64,000 nt of DNA, taken from an uncultured Veillonellaceae bacterium. Lineage in GTDB: Bacteria > Bacillota > Negativicutes > Selenomonadales > Selenomonadaceae. How positions within the stretch are numbered: position 1 is the first letter of the stretch; each line of letters begins with the position of its first letter. The stretch is taken from assembly GCA_900316275.1 (NCBI GenBank), contig ONCF01000022.1:1957-65956 (forward strand), read 5' to 3'. The position numbers and the translations under genes were made by a program. Shown here piece after piece: positions 34,339 to 44,029 of the stretch. The notes below the pieces were generated by a model. That model did not search any database. It was not told the origin of the DNA and worked only from the letters and a program-made list of their open reading frames with translations.

Positions 34339-34785
34339 TTATCTGCCGATATCCAAAGCCTTGGTGACCATGGCCTTCGCGGCGTCAATCGTCGTCGTAT
34401 TGGCCTCGTAGGCGCGCGACGCCGTAATCATATCCACCATTTCGGCGACCATGTTGACATTCGGGCGCTCCACATAGCCCTGCGCATTGGCGTCGGGATG
34501 CGACGGGTCGTAGACGAGCGGTCCCTGCTCGTTGTCCGTACCGATACCGATGGCGCGCACACCGGCGCCCGCATCGAGCTTGTGTACAGACTTCTGCAGG
34601 AAATTTTCAAAGCTCGTGCTGTCCGTCTCGCGCGGCTCAAAAATCACATACTTGCGATGATAGGCCCCGCCCTCACGCGTACGCGTCGTATTCGCATTGG
34701 CGATATTATTGGAAATCACGTCCATGCGCAGGCGCTCGGCCGTCAGGCCGGAGGCGGCTGCATCTATACCCAAAAACATGCTCAT
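34339..34785 (-). CDS. flgC: Proximal rod protein FlgC
   Basis: The N-terminal motif GLTAERLRMDVISNNIANANTTRT is conserved, as is the C-terminus. Confidence 0.96.
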   Translation of the reverse strand: MSMFLGIDAAASGLTAERLRMDVISNNIANANTTRTREGGAYHRKYVIFEPRETDSTSFENFLQKSVHKLDAGAGVRAIGIGTDNEQGPLVYDPSHPDANAQGYVERPNVNMVAEMVDMITASRAYEANTTTIDAAKAMVTKALDIGR

Positions 34786-34825
34786 AGCTTGCTCCTTATC
34801 TCAATTCAGGCGCCGAGGCCCTGCA

Positions 34826-35251
34826 TCAGGACTGTCCGCTCGTAATCGTATTTTTCATGCGCTGGATAAAACCGTTCAGTGACGTGGCCATGGAGTTGTA
34901 ATACAACTGGTTCTTGGCCAAGCCCGCCATCTCCGAGTCAATGTCCACATTGTTGTTGTCGACGCGCATGGTCGTCGTATCATCGCGCTGCACCTTTGGC
35001 GCCACCGGTGACAACTGCGCAATCGGCAGATGCCGGTCATGCGTGCGCACGATAGCCAGCCGACGCGGATCATCATCCAGCCGCAGTTCCTTGGCCAGCA
35101 GGTCCTCAAACACGACCCCGCTGCGCTTGAAATTCGGCGTATTGACATTAGCGATATTATTGCTGATAACTTCCTGTCGCAACGAGGATGCCGACAGTCC
35201 CCGGGACATGTAATTCATCGTTGGGGCGTTCATAATCTGGTCCAACAACAT
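34826..35251 (-). CDS. flgB: Proximal rod protein FlgB
   Basis: [20 protein letters not shown] motif. It is the first gene of the array. The exact start is uncertain (internal Met codons at residues 7 and 12). Confidence 0.92.
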   Translation of the reverse strand: MLLDQIMNAPTMNYMSRGLSASSLRQEVISNNIANVNTPNFKRSGVVFEDLLAKELRLDDDPRRLAIVRTHDRHLPIAQLSPVAPKVQRDDTTTMRVDNNNVDIDSEMAGLAKNQLYYNSMATSLNGFIQRMKNTITSGQS

Positions 35252-35289
35252 CTAGTGATACGCATCCTTTCGTCCAATGGGCGCACTAC

Positions 35290-35400
35290 ACCCCTGCTTG
35301 ATTTCTGACCTTATGCAATATCTTCTACAAAAATATCATAAACCCTTTAAAGAATTCTATAAAATTTAGCAGGTTTTGCGTTTTTTTCGCACAGAGGTCC
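35290..35400 (-). promoter_or_regulatory. AT-rich promoter region of the flagellar array (exact -35/-10 not resolved)
   Basis: This is the only AT-rich tract between the codY terminator and flgB. On the minus strand it contains several -10-like hexamers (TATGAT, TAGAAG) with weak -35 partners. No sigma-28 consensus is present. Confidence 0.4.
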
Positions 35401-35429
35401 CGTTTACCACTGACCAGCCCGCACTGACA

Positions 35430-35467
35430 AACACAAAAAGCACTGCCAAAACAAGGCTGGCAGTGCT
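35430..35467 (-). terminator. Intrinsic terminator after codY
   Basis: Minus-strand RNA AGCACUGCC...GGCAGUGCU forms a 9-bp stem (35467-59 with 35447-39), followed by UUUUUGUGUUUG. Confidence 0.8.
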
Positions 35468-35479
35468 GGCGACGTTTTC

Positions 35480-36313
35480 TCAGACCTCTTCGCGCAATTT
35501 TTGAATTTCATCCAGCAGGTACTCATTCTTGACTTTGATATGTGTGCCTTTCATGCCGAGCGAACGCGACTCGATGACCCCGGCCGACTCGAACTTACGC
35601 AGGGCGTTGACGATGACCGAGCGCGTGATATGTGCCTCATCGGCAATCTTCGAGGCGACGAGCAGGCCTTCGCTCGCGGGCAGGGCCGTGAGGATAGCAA
35701 TCGCCGCCTTGCGCTCCGAATACGACAACGTGTTGATGGCTATCTGTACCGTGGCTTTCTTGCGCGCCTCAATCTCAACCTTCTCGGCGCGGTCGCGCAG
35801 CATCTCCATGCCCACGACCGTCGCGCCGTACTCGCACAGCAGCAGGTCGTCGTCCGTGAACTCCTCATCGTATTTGGCCACGATGAGCGTACCGATGCGC
35901 TCGCCGATGCCAAAAATGGGCACAATCGTGGTGTTTTTGCCGTTGAACAGACAGCGCGTGCCCTCCTCATAAGCGCACATGCCGGTCTTGGAGCGCAGAT
36001 TAGCGCGCGTCTCATCGATACGCATGAGCCAGTTCACATAATGGCGGGGGAACTCGCCCCGGCGGATGACTTTATCGACCATCAAATCGCACTCGAAATT
36101 ATCGACAAACGCGTAGCCATAGACCCGGCCCTGCCGGTTTGTAATGTAGACATTGGCCCCCAGCACATCGCTCAGCACACGCGAGATGCCATTGTACTCC
36201 ACATTCTCCGAGCGCTGCAGCAATCTATTGATCTGCCTGGTCTTACTGAGCAGGGAGTTGCCCTGTCCCGTCGGGGCTGTTTGTTGATAATGTTCTTCCT
36301 CCAGCGACGCCAT
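35480..36313 (-). CDS. codY: GTP/BCAA-sensing global regulator CodY
   Basis: LLSKTRQINRLLQ..., a GAF-like N-domain, and the C-terminal wHTH ASKIADEAHITRSVIVNALRKFESAGVIESRSLGMKGT. An AAAGGAAGAG RBS precedes ATG 36313; the track start at 36385 is less likely. Confidence 0.94.
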   Translation of the reverse strand: MASLEEEHYQQTAPTGQGNSLLSKTRQINRLLQRSENVEYNGISRVLSDVLGANVYITNRQGRVYGYAFVDNFECDLMVDKVIRRGEFPRHYVNWLMRIDETRANLRSKTGMCAYEEGTRCLFNGKNTTIVPIFGIGERIGTLIVAKYDEEFTDDDLLLCEYGATVVGMEMLRDRAEKVEIEARKKATVQIAINTLSYSERKAAIAILTALPASEGLLVASKIADEAHITRSVIVNALRKFESAGVIESRSLGMKGTHIKVKNEYLLDEIQKLREEV

Positions 36314-36396
36314 GGTGATATTCTCTTCCTTTCGACTATAGCAACGGCCATGCAAAGGCCGGGTGTCTCCATAAAGTGTAAACACACAGACAGTTT

Positions 36397-36424
36397 ATTT
36401 TATCATACTTTTCAAAATAATCAA
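36397..36424 (-). promoter_or_regulatory. Candidate sigma-A promoter of codY
   Basis: The minus strand reads TTGATT (36424-19), 16 nt of spacer, then TAAAAT (36402-397), immediately downstream of the hslU terminator. Confidence 0.5.
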
Positions 36425-36455
36425 AGGAACCGCTACAATTTTCGTAGCGGTTCCT
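36412..36455 (-). terminator. Intrinsic terminator after hslU
   Basis: A perfect 12-bp stem, AGGAACCGCUAC/GUAGCGGUUCCU (36455-44 with 36436-25), is followed by UUGAUUAUUUU. Confidence 0.85.
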
Positions 36456-36482
36456 AAAAATGTACTTGAGACTGCTGCTGTC

Positions 36483-37883
36483 TCAAAGAATATACTGCGT
36501 GAGGTCGCGGTTCACCACAATGTCGGCGAGCTTCGTATCGACATAGGCCTCATCGACCACGACGTGCTTCTCCTCCATATCCGGCGCGTCAAAGCTCACG
36601 TCCTCTAGCAGTTTCTCGAGCAGCGTGTGCAGACGGCGTGCGCCGATATCCTCCGACTGGTCGTTGACATCGCAGGCCAGCTGCGCGATGCGGCTGATGG
36701 CCTCGGGGCGGAACTCCAGCTCGACGCCCTCCGTCTCGAGCAGCGCGCGGTACTGCTTGAGCAGCGCGTTCTGCGGTTCCGTGAGGATTTTTTCGAAATC
36801 CTCCTTGCGCAGCGACTGCAACTCGACGCGGATGGGGAAACGGCCCTGCAGCTCCGGGATGAGGTCCGACGGCTTCGCGAGGTGGAACGCCCCCGCCGCG
36901 ATAAAGAGCACATGATCCGTCTTGACCGGGCCGTACTTCGTCATGACCGTCGTGCCCTCGACGATGGGCAGGATGTCGCGCTGCACGCCCTCACGCGAGA
37001 CGTCGGCCCCGCCCGTACCGTCGTGCACGGCCACCTTGTCAATCTCATCGAGGAACACGATGCCGCAGCGCTCGGCGACCTGGCAGGCCTCCTCGGAGAC
37101 TGCATCCATGTCGATGAGCTTCTCGGCCTCCTGCTGCGTGAAAATCTTGCGCGCCTCGGCGACCGTGACCTTGCGCTTGCGGTGACGCTTCGGCATCATG
37201 TTGCCGAGCATATCCTGGATGTTATCGCCCATGTTCTCGAGACTCGAGCCGCTGAACATGCCAATCATCGGCCGGCTCGACTCCTCGACCTCCACCTCGA
37301 TGAGCTCTTTCTCCAGCTCACCCTTCGTAAGGCGTTTTTTCACCCAGTCACGGCCCGCCTGATACTTCTTCGGCTCCTGTTCTGTCGTCTCCGCCTCGTC
37401 ATCACCGCCGCCAAAGAGGCGGCCGAGCGGGTTCTGCGTCTTTTTCGGCTGCGGCACAAACACGTCGAGGATGCGTTCCTCGGCCAGCGCCGCCGCCTTT
37501 TCCTGCACGGCGTCCATGCGCTGCTGGCGCACCATGCGCACAGCGGCCTCCGCAAGGTCACGCACGATAGTCTCGACATCGCGGCCCACGTAGCCCACCT
37601 CGGTGAATTTCGTGGCCTCGACCTTGACGAACGGCGCCTTGACCAGTTTCGCGAGACGGCGCGCAATCTCTGTCTTGCCCACGCCCGTGGAGCCAATCAT
37701 GAGGATATTCTTTGGGATAACCTCGTCCTGCATAGGACCCGTAAGCTGGCGGCTGCGCCAGCGGTTGCGCAGCGCGATGGCCACGGATTTCTTGGCCTCG
37801 GCCTGTCCGACGATATATTTATCGAGTTCTGCCACAATCTGACGCGGCGTCTGCTCATTGACGCCCAAAGCTGCATTTGCCAT
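36483..37883 (-). CDS. hslU: ATP-dependent protease ATPase subunit HslU (ClpY)
   Basis: 466 aa with Walker [16 protein letters not shown], the I-domain insert and [13 protein letters not shown]. Confidence 0.97.
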   Translation of the reverse strand: MANAALGVNEQTPRQIVAELDKYIVGQAEAKKSVAIALRNRWRSRQLTGPMQDEVIPKNILMIGSTGVGKTEIARRLAKLVKAPFVKVEATKFTEVGYVGRDVETIVRDLAEAAVRMVRQQRMDAVQEKAAALAEERILDVFVPQPKKTQNPLGRLFGGGDDEAETTEQEPKKYQAGRDWVKKRLTKGELEKELIEVEVEESSRPMIGMFSGSSLENMGDNIQDMLGNMMPKRHRKRKVTVAEARKIFTQQEAEKLIDMDAVSEEACQVAERCGIVFLDEIDKVAVHDGTGGADVSREGVQRDILPIVEGTTVMTKYGPVKTDHVLFIAAGAFHLAKPSDLIPELQGRFPIRVELQSLRKEDFEKILTEPQNALLKQYRALLETEGVELEFRPEAISRIAQLACDVNDQSEDIGARRLHTLLEKLLEDVSFDAPDMEEKHVVVDEAYVDTKLADIVVNRDLTQYIL

Positions 37884-38425
37884 CAGTCCAGTTCCTCCAC
37901 AATGACGTTATGGTTCGTGTAGACGCAGATATCAGCTGCGATATGCAGTGCCTCCTGCGCGATGTCCTTGGCCGCCATATCCGTGTGCCCCACGAGAGCG
38001 CGCGCCGCCGACAGCGCATAGAAACCACCGGAGCCAATGGCCGCGGCCTCGCCGTCCGGCTCGATGACCTCGCCACCGCCCGACACCATGAGGATGTGCT
38101 CCTGGTCCGCCACGAGCAGCAGGGCCTCCAGCTTGTGCAGCACCTTATCGGAGCGCCACTCTTTCGCGAGCTCGACAGCGGCCCGTTCCAGATGACCGTG
38201 GCAGGCCTCCAGCTTCGCCTCGAACTTCTCAAACAGCGTAAACGCGTCCGCCACACTGCCCGCAAACCCCGCCAGCACCTTGCCGTGGTACAGGCGGCGC
38301 ACCTTGCGCGCATTCGCCTTCATAATCGTATGCTCACCGAACGTCACCTGACCGTCGCCCGCGATGGCCGTTTTGCCATCCTTGCGCACGGCGCAGATAG
38401 TCGTCGCATGAAACTCATAAGCCAT
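37883..38425 (-). CDS. hslV: ATP-dependent protease subunit HslV (ClpQ)
   Basis: 180 aa with N-terminal ...[26 protein letters not shown] (Ntn hydrolase). Confidence 0.96.
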   Translation of the reverse strand: MAYEFHATTICAVRKDGKTAIAGDGQVTFGEHTIMKANARKVRRLYHGKVLAGFAGSVADAFTLFEKFEAKLEACHGHLERAAVELAKEWRSDKVLHKLEALLLVADQEHILMVSGGGEVIEPDGEAAAIGSGGFYALSAARALVGHTDMAAKDIAQEALHIAADICVYTNHNVIVEELD

Positions 38426-38516
38426 AATCTATCCTCCTGCCCCGCGGGGCATACTGTTGCTGGCAACAAATATAAACTGTGCCCGTTCCAGACAGTAGCG
38501 CGCCTAAAAGCCACAC

Positions 38517-39848
38517 TCAGTCCAGCACATCTGCCAACACCTGTGGCTTGCAGGCCTCGATGGCGTCCAGCGCGCGCTGTGCGAGGCGCAGTTTCTTTTC
38601 CTTCTTGTCGCGGATGCGCTCACCGAGCTTCGGCAGCAGGCCAAAATTCACATTCATGGGCTGGAAATGCTTAGCCTCGCTCGTCGTGATGTAGTGACAG
38701 AGCGCGCCGTGGCAGCTCGCCTCGGGGAACACGAACGGCGCCTCGCCACGCGCGAGCCGCGCCGCGTTCACGCCTGCCACGAGCCCTGAGGACGCCGACT
38801 CTATATAGCCCTCGACGCCCGTCATCTGCCCGGCAAAAAACAGCCGGTCCTCGCCGCGCAGCTGCAGCGTCGCTCTGAGCTGCTGCGGCGCGTTGAGGAA
38901 CGTGTTGCGGTGCATGACGCCGTAGCGCAGGAACTCCGCGTGCTCGAGCCCTGGAATCATGCCGAACACGCGCCGCTGCTCCGGCCATTTGAGATGCGTC
39001 TGGAAGCCCACGATATTGTAGAGCGTGGCGCTCGCATTGTCCTGGCGCAGCTGCACGACCGCAAACGGGCGTTTGCCTGTGCGCGGGTCCTCGAGCCCTA
39101 CGGGCTTCAGCGGACCGAACAGCAGCGTATCCTCGCCACGCGCCGCCATGACCTCGACGGGCATGCAGCCTTCGAAGAATTTTTCTTTTTCAAAATCGTG
39201 CGTCGGGGCCTTTTCCGCATGCACGAGCTCGTGCCAGAACGCGCGGTACTCCGCCTCGGTCAGCGGGCAGTTGATATAGTCCGCCGTGCCCTTGCCGTAG
39301 CGGGATGCGCGGTAGGCTTTCGTCATATCTATGGACTCCAAGCTCACGATGGGCGCCGCGGCATCATAGAAATAGAGTCCCGCATTGTCGCCCGTGCGCG
39401 CCGCGATATCCTCGGCGAGCGCCCCCGCCGTCAGCGGCCCGCTGGCCACAATGGTGATGGCATCGTCCGTCAGCGGGATGTGCTCGACCTCTTCGTGCAC
39501 TACCGTGATGCGCGGATGGTTAGTCACGTGCTCCGTCACGTAGTCGCTGAAACCATGCCTATCGACGGCCAGCGCGCCGCCCGCCGGCACACGCGTGGCG
39601 TCGGCCGCCGCCATGATGACGGAGCCGAGGCGGCGCATCTCCTCTTTCAGCACGCCCACGGCGTTCTCGAGACCCGCGCCGCGCAGTGAGTTACTGCACA
39701 CGAGTTCGGCAAAGCTCGCCGTCTTGTGCGCGGGCGTCGACTTTACGGGACGCATTTCGTAGAGCGTGACCTCAGCGCCCCGACGCGCGGCCTGCCAGGC
39801 GGCCTCAGCGCCGGCCAGGCCCGCGCCGATAACGATAACTTTTTTCAT
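38517..39848 (-). CDS. trmFO: Folate-dependent tRNA (uracil-5)-methyltransferase TrmFO (Gid)
   Basis: 443 aa, [24 protein letters not shown]... It lies between topA and hslV, as in Bacillus. Confidence 0.95.
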   Translation of the reverse strand: MKKVIVIGAGLAGAEAAWQAARRGAEVTLYEMRPVKSTPAHKTASFAELVCSNSLRGAGLENAVGVLKEEMRRLGSVIMAAADATRVPAGGALAVDRHGFSDYVTEHVTNHPRITVVHEEVEHIPLTDDAITIVASGPLTAGALAEDIAARTGDNAGLYFYDAAAPIVSLESIDMTKAYRASRYGKGTADYINCPLTEAEYRAFWHELVHAEKAPTHDFEKEKFFEGCMPVEVMAARGEDTLLFGPLKPVGLEDPRTGKRPFAVVQLRQDNASATLYNIVGFQTHLKWPEQRRVFGMIPGLEHAEFLRYGVMHRNTFLNAPQQLRATLQLRGEDRLFFAGQMTGVEGYIESASSGLVAGVNAARLARGEAPFVFPEASCHGALCHYITTSEAKHFQPMNVNFGLLPKLGERIRDKKEKKLRLAQRALDAIEACKPQVLADVLD

Positions 39849-39854
39849 AAATAT

Positions 39855-42095
39855 TTACTGCTCCGTCTCCTTCTGGGCCGCCTTTTCCTCGGCCGCCGTC
39901 TTGCGCGCCTCCATGCGCTTGCGGATTTTCTCCAGTTCCTCGTTGATGGGGTTGTCGATGCGCGTTTTGCACGCGTCGTTGCTGCAATACTGCAGCGTAC
40001 GCCCGTTCTTAAAATGATGCTTGAGCAGGAACGCGCCGCACTCCGGGCATTGCTCCTGCAACGGCGTATCCCACGTCGTGTAGTCGCAGTCCGGATAGTT
40101 TTTGCAACCGTAGAACACGCGTCCGCGCCGCGAGCGGCGCTCCACGATACTGCCACCGCATTTCGGGCACTTCACGCCCGTATCCTTGAGCAAGGGTTTC
40201 GTATTGCGACACTCGGGGAAGCCGGGGCAGGCCAGGAACTTGCCGTAGCGGCCCTGCTTCACGACCATCATGCGGCCGCAGAGCTCGCACTGCACGTCCG
40301 AGACCTCCACGGGCAGCTCGACGTGCCCGATAGCCTCGTCCGCCTTTTCCACGTCCGTCTCAAACGGCCCGTAAAAGTCGCGCAGCAGCGTGTTCTTCTC
40401 CACCTTGCCCTCGGCAATTTCGTCGAGCTCGTTCTCGAGCTCCGCCGTGAACTTCACGTTGACGATGGTTTTAAAATACTCCTGCAGCATGTCGACGACG
40501 ACAAAGCCGAGTTCCGTCGGCTGGAAGTGCTTGTCCACACGCTGCACGTAGCCGCGTGCCTGAATGGTCTCGATAATTGGCGCATACGTACTCGGGCGGC
40601 CGATTTCCAGTTCCTCGAGCGCCTTGACGAGCGAGGCGTCGTTGTAGCGCGGCGGCGGCTCCGTGAAATGCTGCTGTGGCAGCGTCTTTTCGATTTTCAG
40701 GCTATCGCCCGCATTCAGCTCTGGCAGCACAACGTCCTTTTCCTTCTTCGTGACGTCCGCACCCGCATAGACTGCCGTAAAACCGGCGAATTTCAGCGTC
40801 GAGCCCTTGGCGCGCAACACGAAGCGCGGCCCCGCCGCGATATCGACACTCACGGTGTCGTAGACGGCCGGCGTCATCTGGCTGGCCACGAAGCGCTGCC
40901 AGATGAGCGAGTACAGCTTGAACTGCTCTTTCGTCAGGTACTGCTCCACACTGGCCGGTGTACGCTCCACGCTCGTGGGGCGGATGGCCTCATGCGCGTC
41001 CTGCGCTTTCTTGCCCGCCGCGTAGATATTCGGCTTCTCAGGCAGATAGCCGGCACCGTAGCTCGTCTCGATAAAGCTGCGCGCTTCGTCCTGCGCCAGC
41101 GTCGAGATGCGCGTCGAGTCCGTACGCATGTACGTGATGAGACCGGACGCGCCACCGTGCCCGAGCTCGATGCCCTCGTAAAGCTGCTGCGCGTACATCA
41201 TCGTGCGCCGCGAGGTAAAGCCGAGCTTGCGCGCCGCATCCTGCTGTAGCGAGCTCGTCGTGAACGGTGCCGACGGCTTGCGGCGGCGCTCCGTGCGCTT
41301 CACGGCACTGACGACGGGTGCCTGCTGCGTGAGCTCCGCCACGACCTGCTCCGTCTCCTGCTTGTTGTGCAGCGCCAGTTTCGCACCGTCAACCTGCACG
41401 AGCTCCGCGGGGATGAGCGCCGAGCGCTCGTGGCGCAGCTTCGCGCCCACGGTCCAGTACTCCTCGGAGTTAAAGGCCTGGATTTCCTTTTCGCGCTCGC
41501 AGATGAGCTTGACCGTCACGGACTGCACGCGGCCTGCCGAGAGGCCCTTGCGCACCTTGCGCCAGAGCAGCGGCGAGAGCTTGTAGCCCACGATGCGATC
41601 CAGCATGCGCCGCGCCTGCTGCGCATCCACCTGGTCGAGGTTGATGCCACGCGGGTGCTTGACCGCCTCCTGGATGGCCGGTTTCGTGATTTCGTTGAAC
41701 ACGATGCGGCAGTCCGAGGCCGGGTCGATGCCCAGGATATAGGCCAGATGCCAGGCGATAGCCTCCCCTTCGCGATCGGGATCGCTCGCCAGATAGATTT
41801 TATCGGCCTGTTTCGCGTCCTTCTTCAGCGCCTTGATGAGGTCGCCCTTGCCGCGGATGTTGATGTATTTCGGCGCGAAATCATGCTCGACGTCGATGCC
41901 GAACTGACTTTTCGGCAAATCACGCAAATGACCCATGGAGGCCCGCACCATGTATTTGCGGCCGAGATATTTCTCAATCGTCTTCGCCTTGGCCGGCGAC
42001 TCCACGACCACGAGTGTACGCTTCAGCGTGCGCTTCTTCGTCGTGCGTTTCGCTGGTTTTTTCGCCTTTGTCGTTGCTGTCTGCGTTTCAGCCAC
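39855..42095 (-). CDS. topA: DNA topoisomerase I
   Basis: Toprim domain (LVVVESPAKAKTIEKYLG), the catalytic Tyr region and C-terminal Cys4 zinc ribbons. I prefer GTG 42095, with an AAGGGAG RBS just after the dprA stop; the track start at 42137 overlaps dprA. Confidence 0.95.
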   Translation of the reverse strand: MAETQTATTKAKKPAKRTTKKRTLKRTLVVVESPAKAKTIEKYLGRKYMVRASMGHLRDLPKSQFGIDVEHDFAPKYINIRGKGDLIKALKKDAKQADKIYLASDPDREGEAIAWHLAYILGIDPASDCRIVFNEITKPAIQEAVKHPRGINLDQVDAQQARRMLDRIVGYKLSPLLWRKVRKGLSAGRVQSVTVKLICEREKEIQAFNSEEYWTVGAKLRHERSALIPAELVQVDGAKLALHNKQETEQVVAELTQQAPVVSAVKRTERRRKPSAPFTTSSLQQDAARKLGFTSRRTMMYAQQLYEGIELGHGGASGLITYMRTDSTRISTLAQDEARSFIETSYGAGYLPEKPNIYAAGKKAQDAHEAIRPTSVERTPASVEQYLTKEQFKLYSLIWQRFVASQMTPAVYDTVSVDIAAGPRFVLRAKGSTLKFAGFTAVYAGADVTKKEKDVVLPELNAGDSLKIEKTLPQQHFTEPPPRYNDASLVKALEELEIGRPSTYAPIIETIQARGYVQRVDKHFQPTELGFVVVDMLQEYFKTIVNVKFTAELENELDEIAEGKVEKNTLLRDFYGPFETDVEKADEAIGHVELPVEVSDVQCELCGRMMVVKQGRYGKFLACPGFPECRNTKPLLKDTGVKCPKCGGSIVERRSRRGRVFYGCKNYPDCDYTTWDTPLQEQCPECGAFLLKHHFKNGRTLQYCSNDACKTRIDNPINEELEKIRKRMEARKTAAEEKAAQKETEQ

Positions 42096-42099
42096 GCTT

Positions 42100-43212
42100 T
42101 CACTCCCTTTCCGCACGCCGGTAGGCATGCAGCTCATTCTCTATGACCAGCCCCTTGAGCTCCATCTGCAGGAGCACAAAAGGCAAATTGGGCATTTCGC
42201 CCTTGGGCAGGCTCATGATGATTTCATCCATCGAGACGGGATGCTCATAGGAGAGCACCTGCCACACCTGCCGCTCGTCGGGGTTCAGGTTCAGCCGTTT
42301 TTTCTTCGCTGGCGGCCCGGCCTCCACGCCGAAATCCTCCAGAATGTCACTGGCCTGCGTCACGAGCTTGGCGCCCTGCTGGATGAGCCGGTTGCAGCCC
42401 GCACTCGTGTCCGACCAGATGCTGCCCGGCACGGCGTAGACATTGCGTCCCTCGGAGAGCGCCATCTCCGCCGTAATGAGCGAGCCGCTGCGCTGCGCCG
42501 CCTCTACGACGAGCGTGCCCTCGGCCAGCCCGCTGATGATGCGGTTGCGCGCGGGAAAAAACGCGGGCAGCGGCTGCGTGCCCGGCCCATACTCCGAGAC
42601 AACGGCGCCGCCCTGGGCCACAATCTGGTCCAGCAAGCGCCGGTTCTCACGCGGATAGGCGATGTCAATACCGCAGCCGAGCACGGCCACCGTGCGGCCG
42701 CCCTTGAGCGCACCCGCGTGTGAGCAGGTATCGATACCGCGCGCACCGCCGCTGACGACTGTGAGTCCCGCGCGCGCCAGCTGTGCCGCGAACTGCTCCG
42801 CCACGCCCTGCCCGTAGGGGCTCAGACGCCGCGAGCCGACCATGGCCACACGCCGCGCATCGGGGATGAGCCGACCGCGCACGTAGAGCACGATGGGCGG
42901 GCCGAAGATTTCCTTCAATATTATAGGGTACGCCGCCTGTTGCCAGGACACAACCTGTACCTGCAGGCGCGCGCACGTCTCGGCCAGCCGCGCTGGCGCA
43001 TCCGGCTCCGCATGCGCCAGCTGCGCCAGTGGCTCTGCCAACCGCACCGGCAACCCGGCGTGCACGAGCGCGGCCACATCCAGCCGCCAAAGCTCCGCCG
43101 GCTCCGGGCAGGCCGCGAGCAGCTGCTGCATATAGCGGCTGCCGAGTCCCGGCACGCGCGCCATCACGGCCAGATAATAGGGGTCCAGAGGATTTGCCGT
43201 TCCTTCATCCAC
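42100..43212 (-). CDS. dprA: DNA processing protein DprA (Smf)
   Basis: 370 aa with the Rossmann-like DprA domain (VAMVGSRRLSPYG...VVSGGARGIDT...VVEAAQRSGSLITA). GTG start. Confidence 0.93.
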   Translation of the reverse strand: MDEGTANPLDPYYLAVMARVPGLGSRYMQQLLAACPEPAELWRLDVAALVHAGLPVRLAEPLAQLAHAEPDAPARLAETCARLQVQVVSWQQAAYPIILKEIFGPPIVLYVRGRLIPDARRVAMVGSRRLSPYGQGVAEQFAAQLARAGLTVVSGGARGIDTCSHAGALKGGRTVAVLGCGIDIAYPRENRRLLDQIVAQGGAVVSEYGPGTQPLPAFFPARNRIISGLAEGTLVVEAAQRSGSLITAEMALSEGRNVYAVPGSIWSDTSAGCNRLIQQGAKLVTQASDILEDFGVEAGPPAKKKRLNLNPDERQVWQVLSYEHPVSMDEIIMSLPKGEMPNLPFVLLQMELKGLVIENELHAYRRAERE

Positions 43213-43258
43213 TTCAAATCGCCATCCTTACACCCTTAGATTACACCAATTACACCAT

Positions 43259-43287
43259 ACTATAATGGAAATTAGTAGATAATGCAA
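43259..43287 (-). promoter_or_regulatory. Candidate sigma-A promoter of the dprA-topA-trmFO unit
   Basis: The minus strand reads TTGCAT (43287-82), 17 nt of spacer, then TATAGT (43264-59). Confidence 0.55.
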
Positions 43288-43320
43288 CCTATTTTCTCTG
43301 CCGCCCTGCGAAAATGGCGC

Positions 43321-43356
43321 AAAAAGAAAGCCATCGGCTGCCATAAACAGCCGATG
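43321..43356 (-). terminator. Intrinsic terminator after folB
   Basis: A 9-bp stem, CAUCGGCUG/CAGCCGAUG (43356-48 with 43340-32), is followed by GCUUUCUUUUUG. Confidence 0.75.
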
Positions 43357-43374
43357 ACCGGAAAAGATGCCCAC

Positions 43375-43737
43375 TTACTTCTGGTAGCGTATAGCCTCTG
43401 CCTCCACATAGTCGATGGGGCCGGAGATAGGCACGGACGGTTTACGGATGCGCGCCTTGACGCATTTGAAATGCGGATATTTCTTGAGCAGCTTGTCGCC
43501 GATATGCGCAGACAGCGCCTCGAGCATGTTGTAGCGCTTGTTCTCGACGACATCCTTCACGAGGTCGTAAATGGCGGCCGTATCGACGCCATCCTTCACA
43601 TCGTCGCTCTCGGCCACGCTGTCATCCTTCGTCTCGACCTCAACGTCGATGTAGAATTTCTGGCCCTGCTCACGCTCATACTCGTAAATGCCGTGGAAAC
43701 CATAGAACATCATGTTAACGATTCTGACTTTTGCCAT
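43375..43737 (-). CDS. folB: Dihydroneopterin aldolase FolB
   Basis: MAKVRIVNMMFYGFHGIYEYEREQGQKFYIDVEVE... is the FolB signature. A GAGGAGTGG RBS precedes ATG 43737. Confidence 0.9.
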   Translation of the reverse strand: MAKVRIVNMMFYGFHGIYEYEREQGQKFYIDVEVETKDDSVAESDDVKDGVDTAAIYDLVKDVVENKRYNMLEALSAHIGDKLLKKYPHFKCVKARIRKPSVPISGPIDYVEAEAIRYQK

Positions 43738-43986
43738 ATTACCACTCCTCATCCCCAAAATAAAAAACGCTGCGCCCGCACGATAAACGCGGGCCCATAT
43801 AACCTGTTTATACCGCTATATTCGCGCTGCGACTGGCAAAATCCTGCTTTTACCGCGAAAAGACGCAAAAACCTGTCCGACTTTATTCCGTAAACAGCTC
43901 GTCCCAGAACGCATAGGCCACCAACATACCAATCAGCAGCCACAAATACAAATCGCCCATCTTAACGCCCTCCCCTGCATGCAGGT

Positions 43987-44013
43987 AAAAAAAAGAGGAG
44001 CCTCGCGGCTCCT
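43987..44013 (-). terminator. Intrinsic terminator after the NlpC/P60 gene
   Basis: Minus-strand RNA GGAGCC-GCGA-GGCUCC (44012-07 with 44002-43997) is followed by a U8 run. Confidence 0.7.
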
Positions 44014-44029
44014 GGCTAAATTGCTTTCA

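Noticed and set aside
35330-35365. A CodY-box-like sequence (AATTTTATAGAATTC) upstream of flgB, and ATTTTGAAAA at the codY promoter (36405-36418)
   Set aside because: The first matches only about 10 of 15 positions of AATTTTCWGAAAATT. The second has the wrong central spacing. Neither is convincing without binding data, so they are mentioned only as a test in the codY finding.
43738-43882. A THF (folate) riboswitch upstream of folB
   Set aside because: The context is attractive, but I could not find the conserved THF-I or THF-II core sequences by eye. Only a generic hairpin and T-run are visible. A cmsearch is needed before any claim.
43749-43943. A 64-aa minus-strand ORF in the folB upstream region
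   Set aside because: It has no RBS, atypical composition, and it overlaps the more plausible micro-ORF or promoter features. It is likely spurious.
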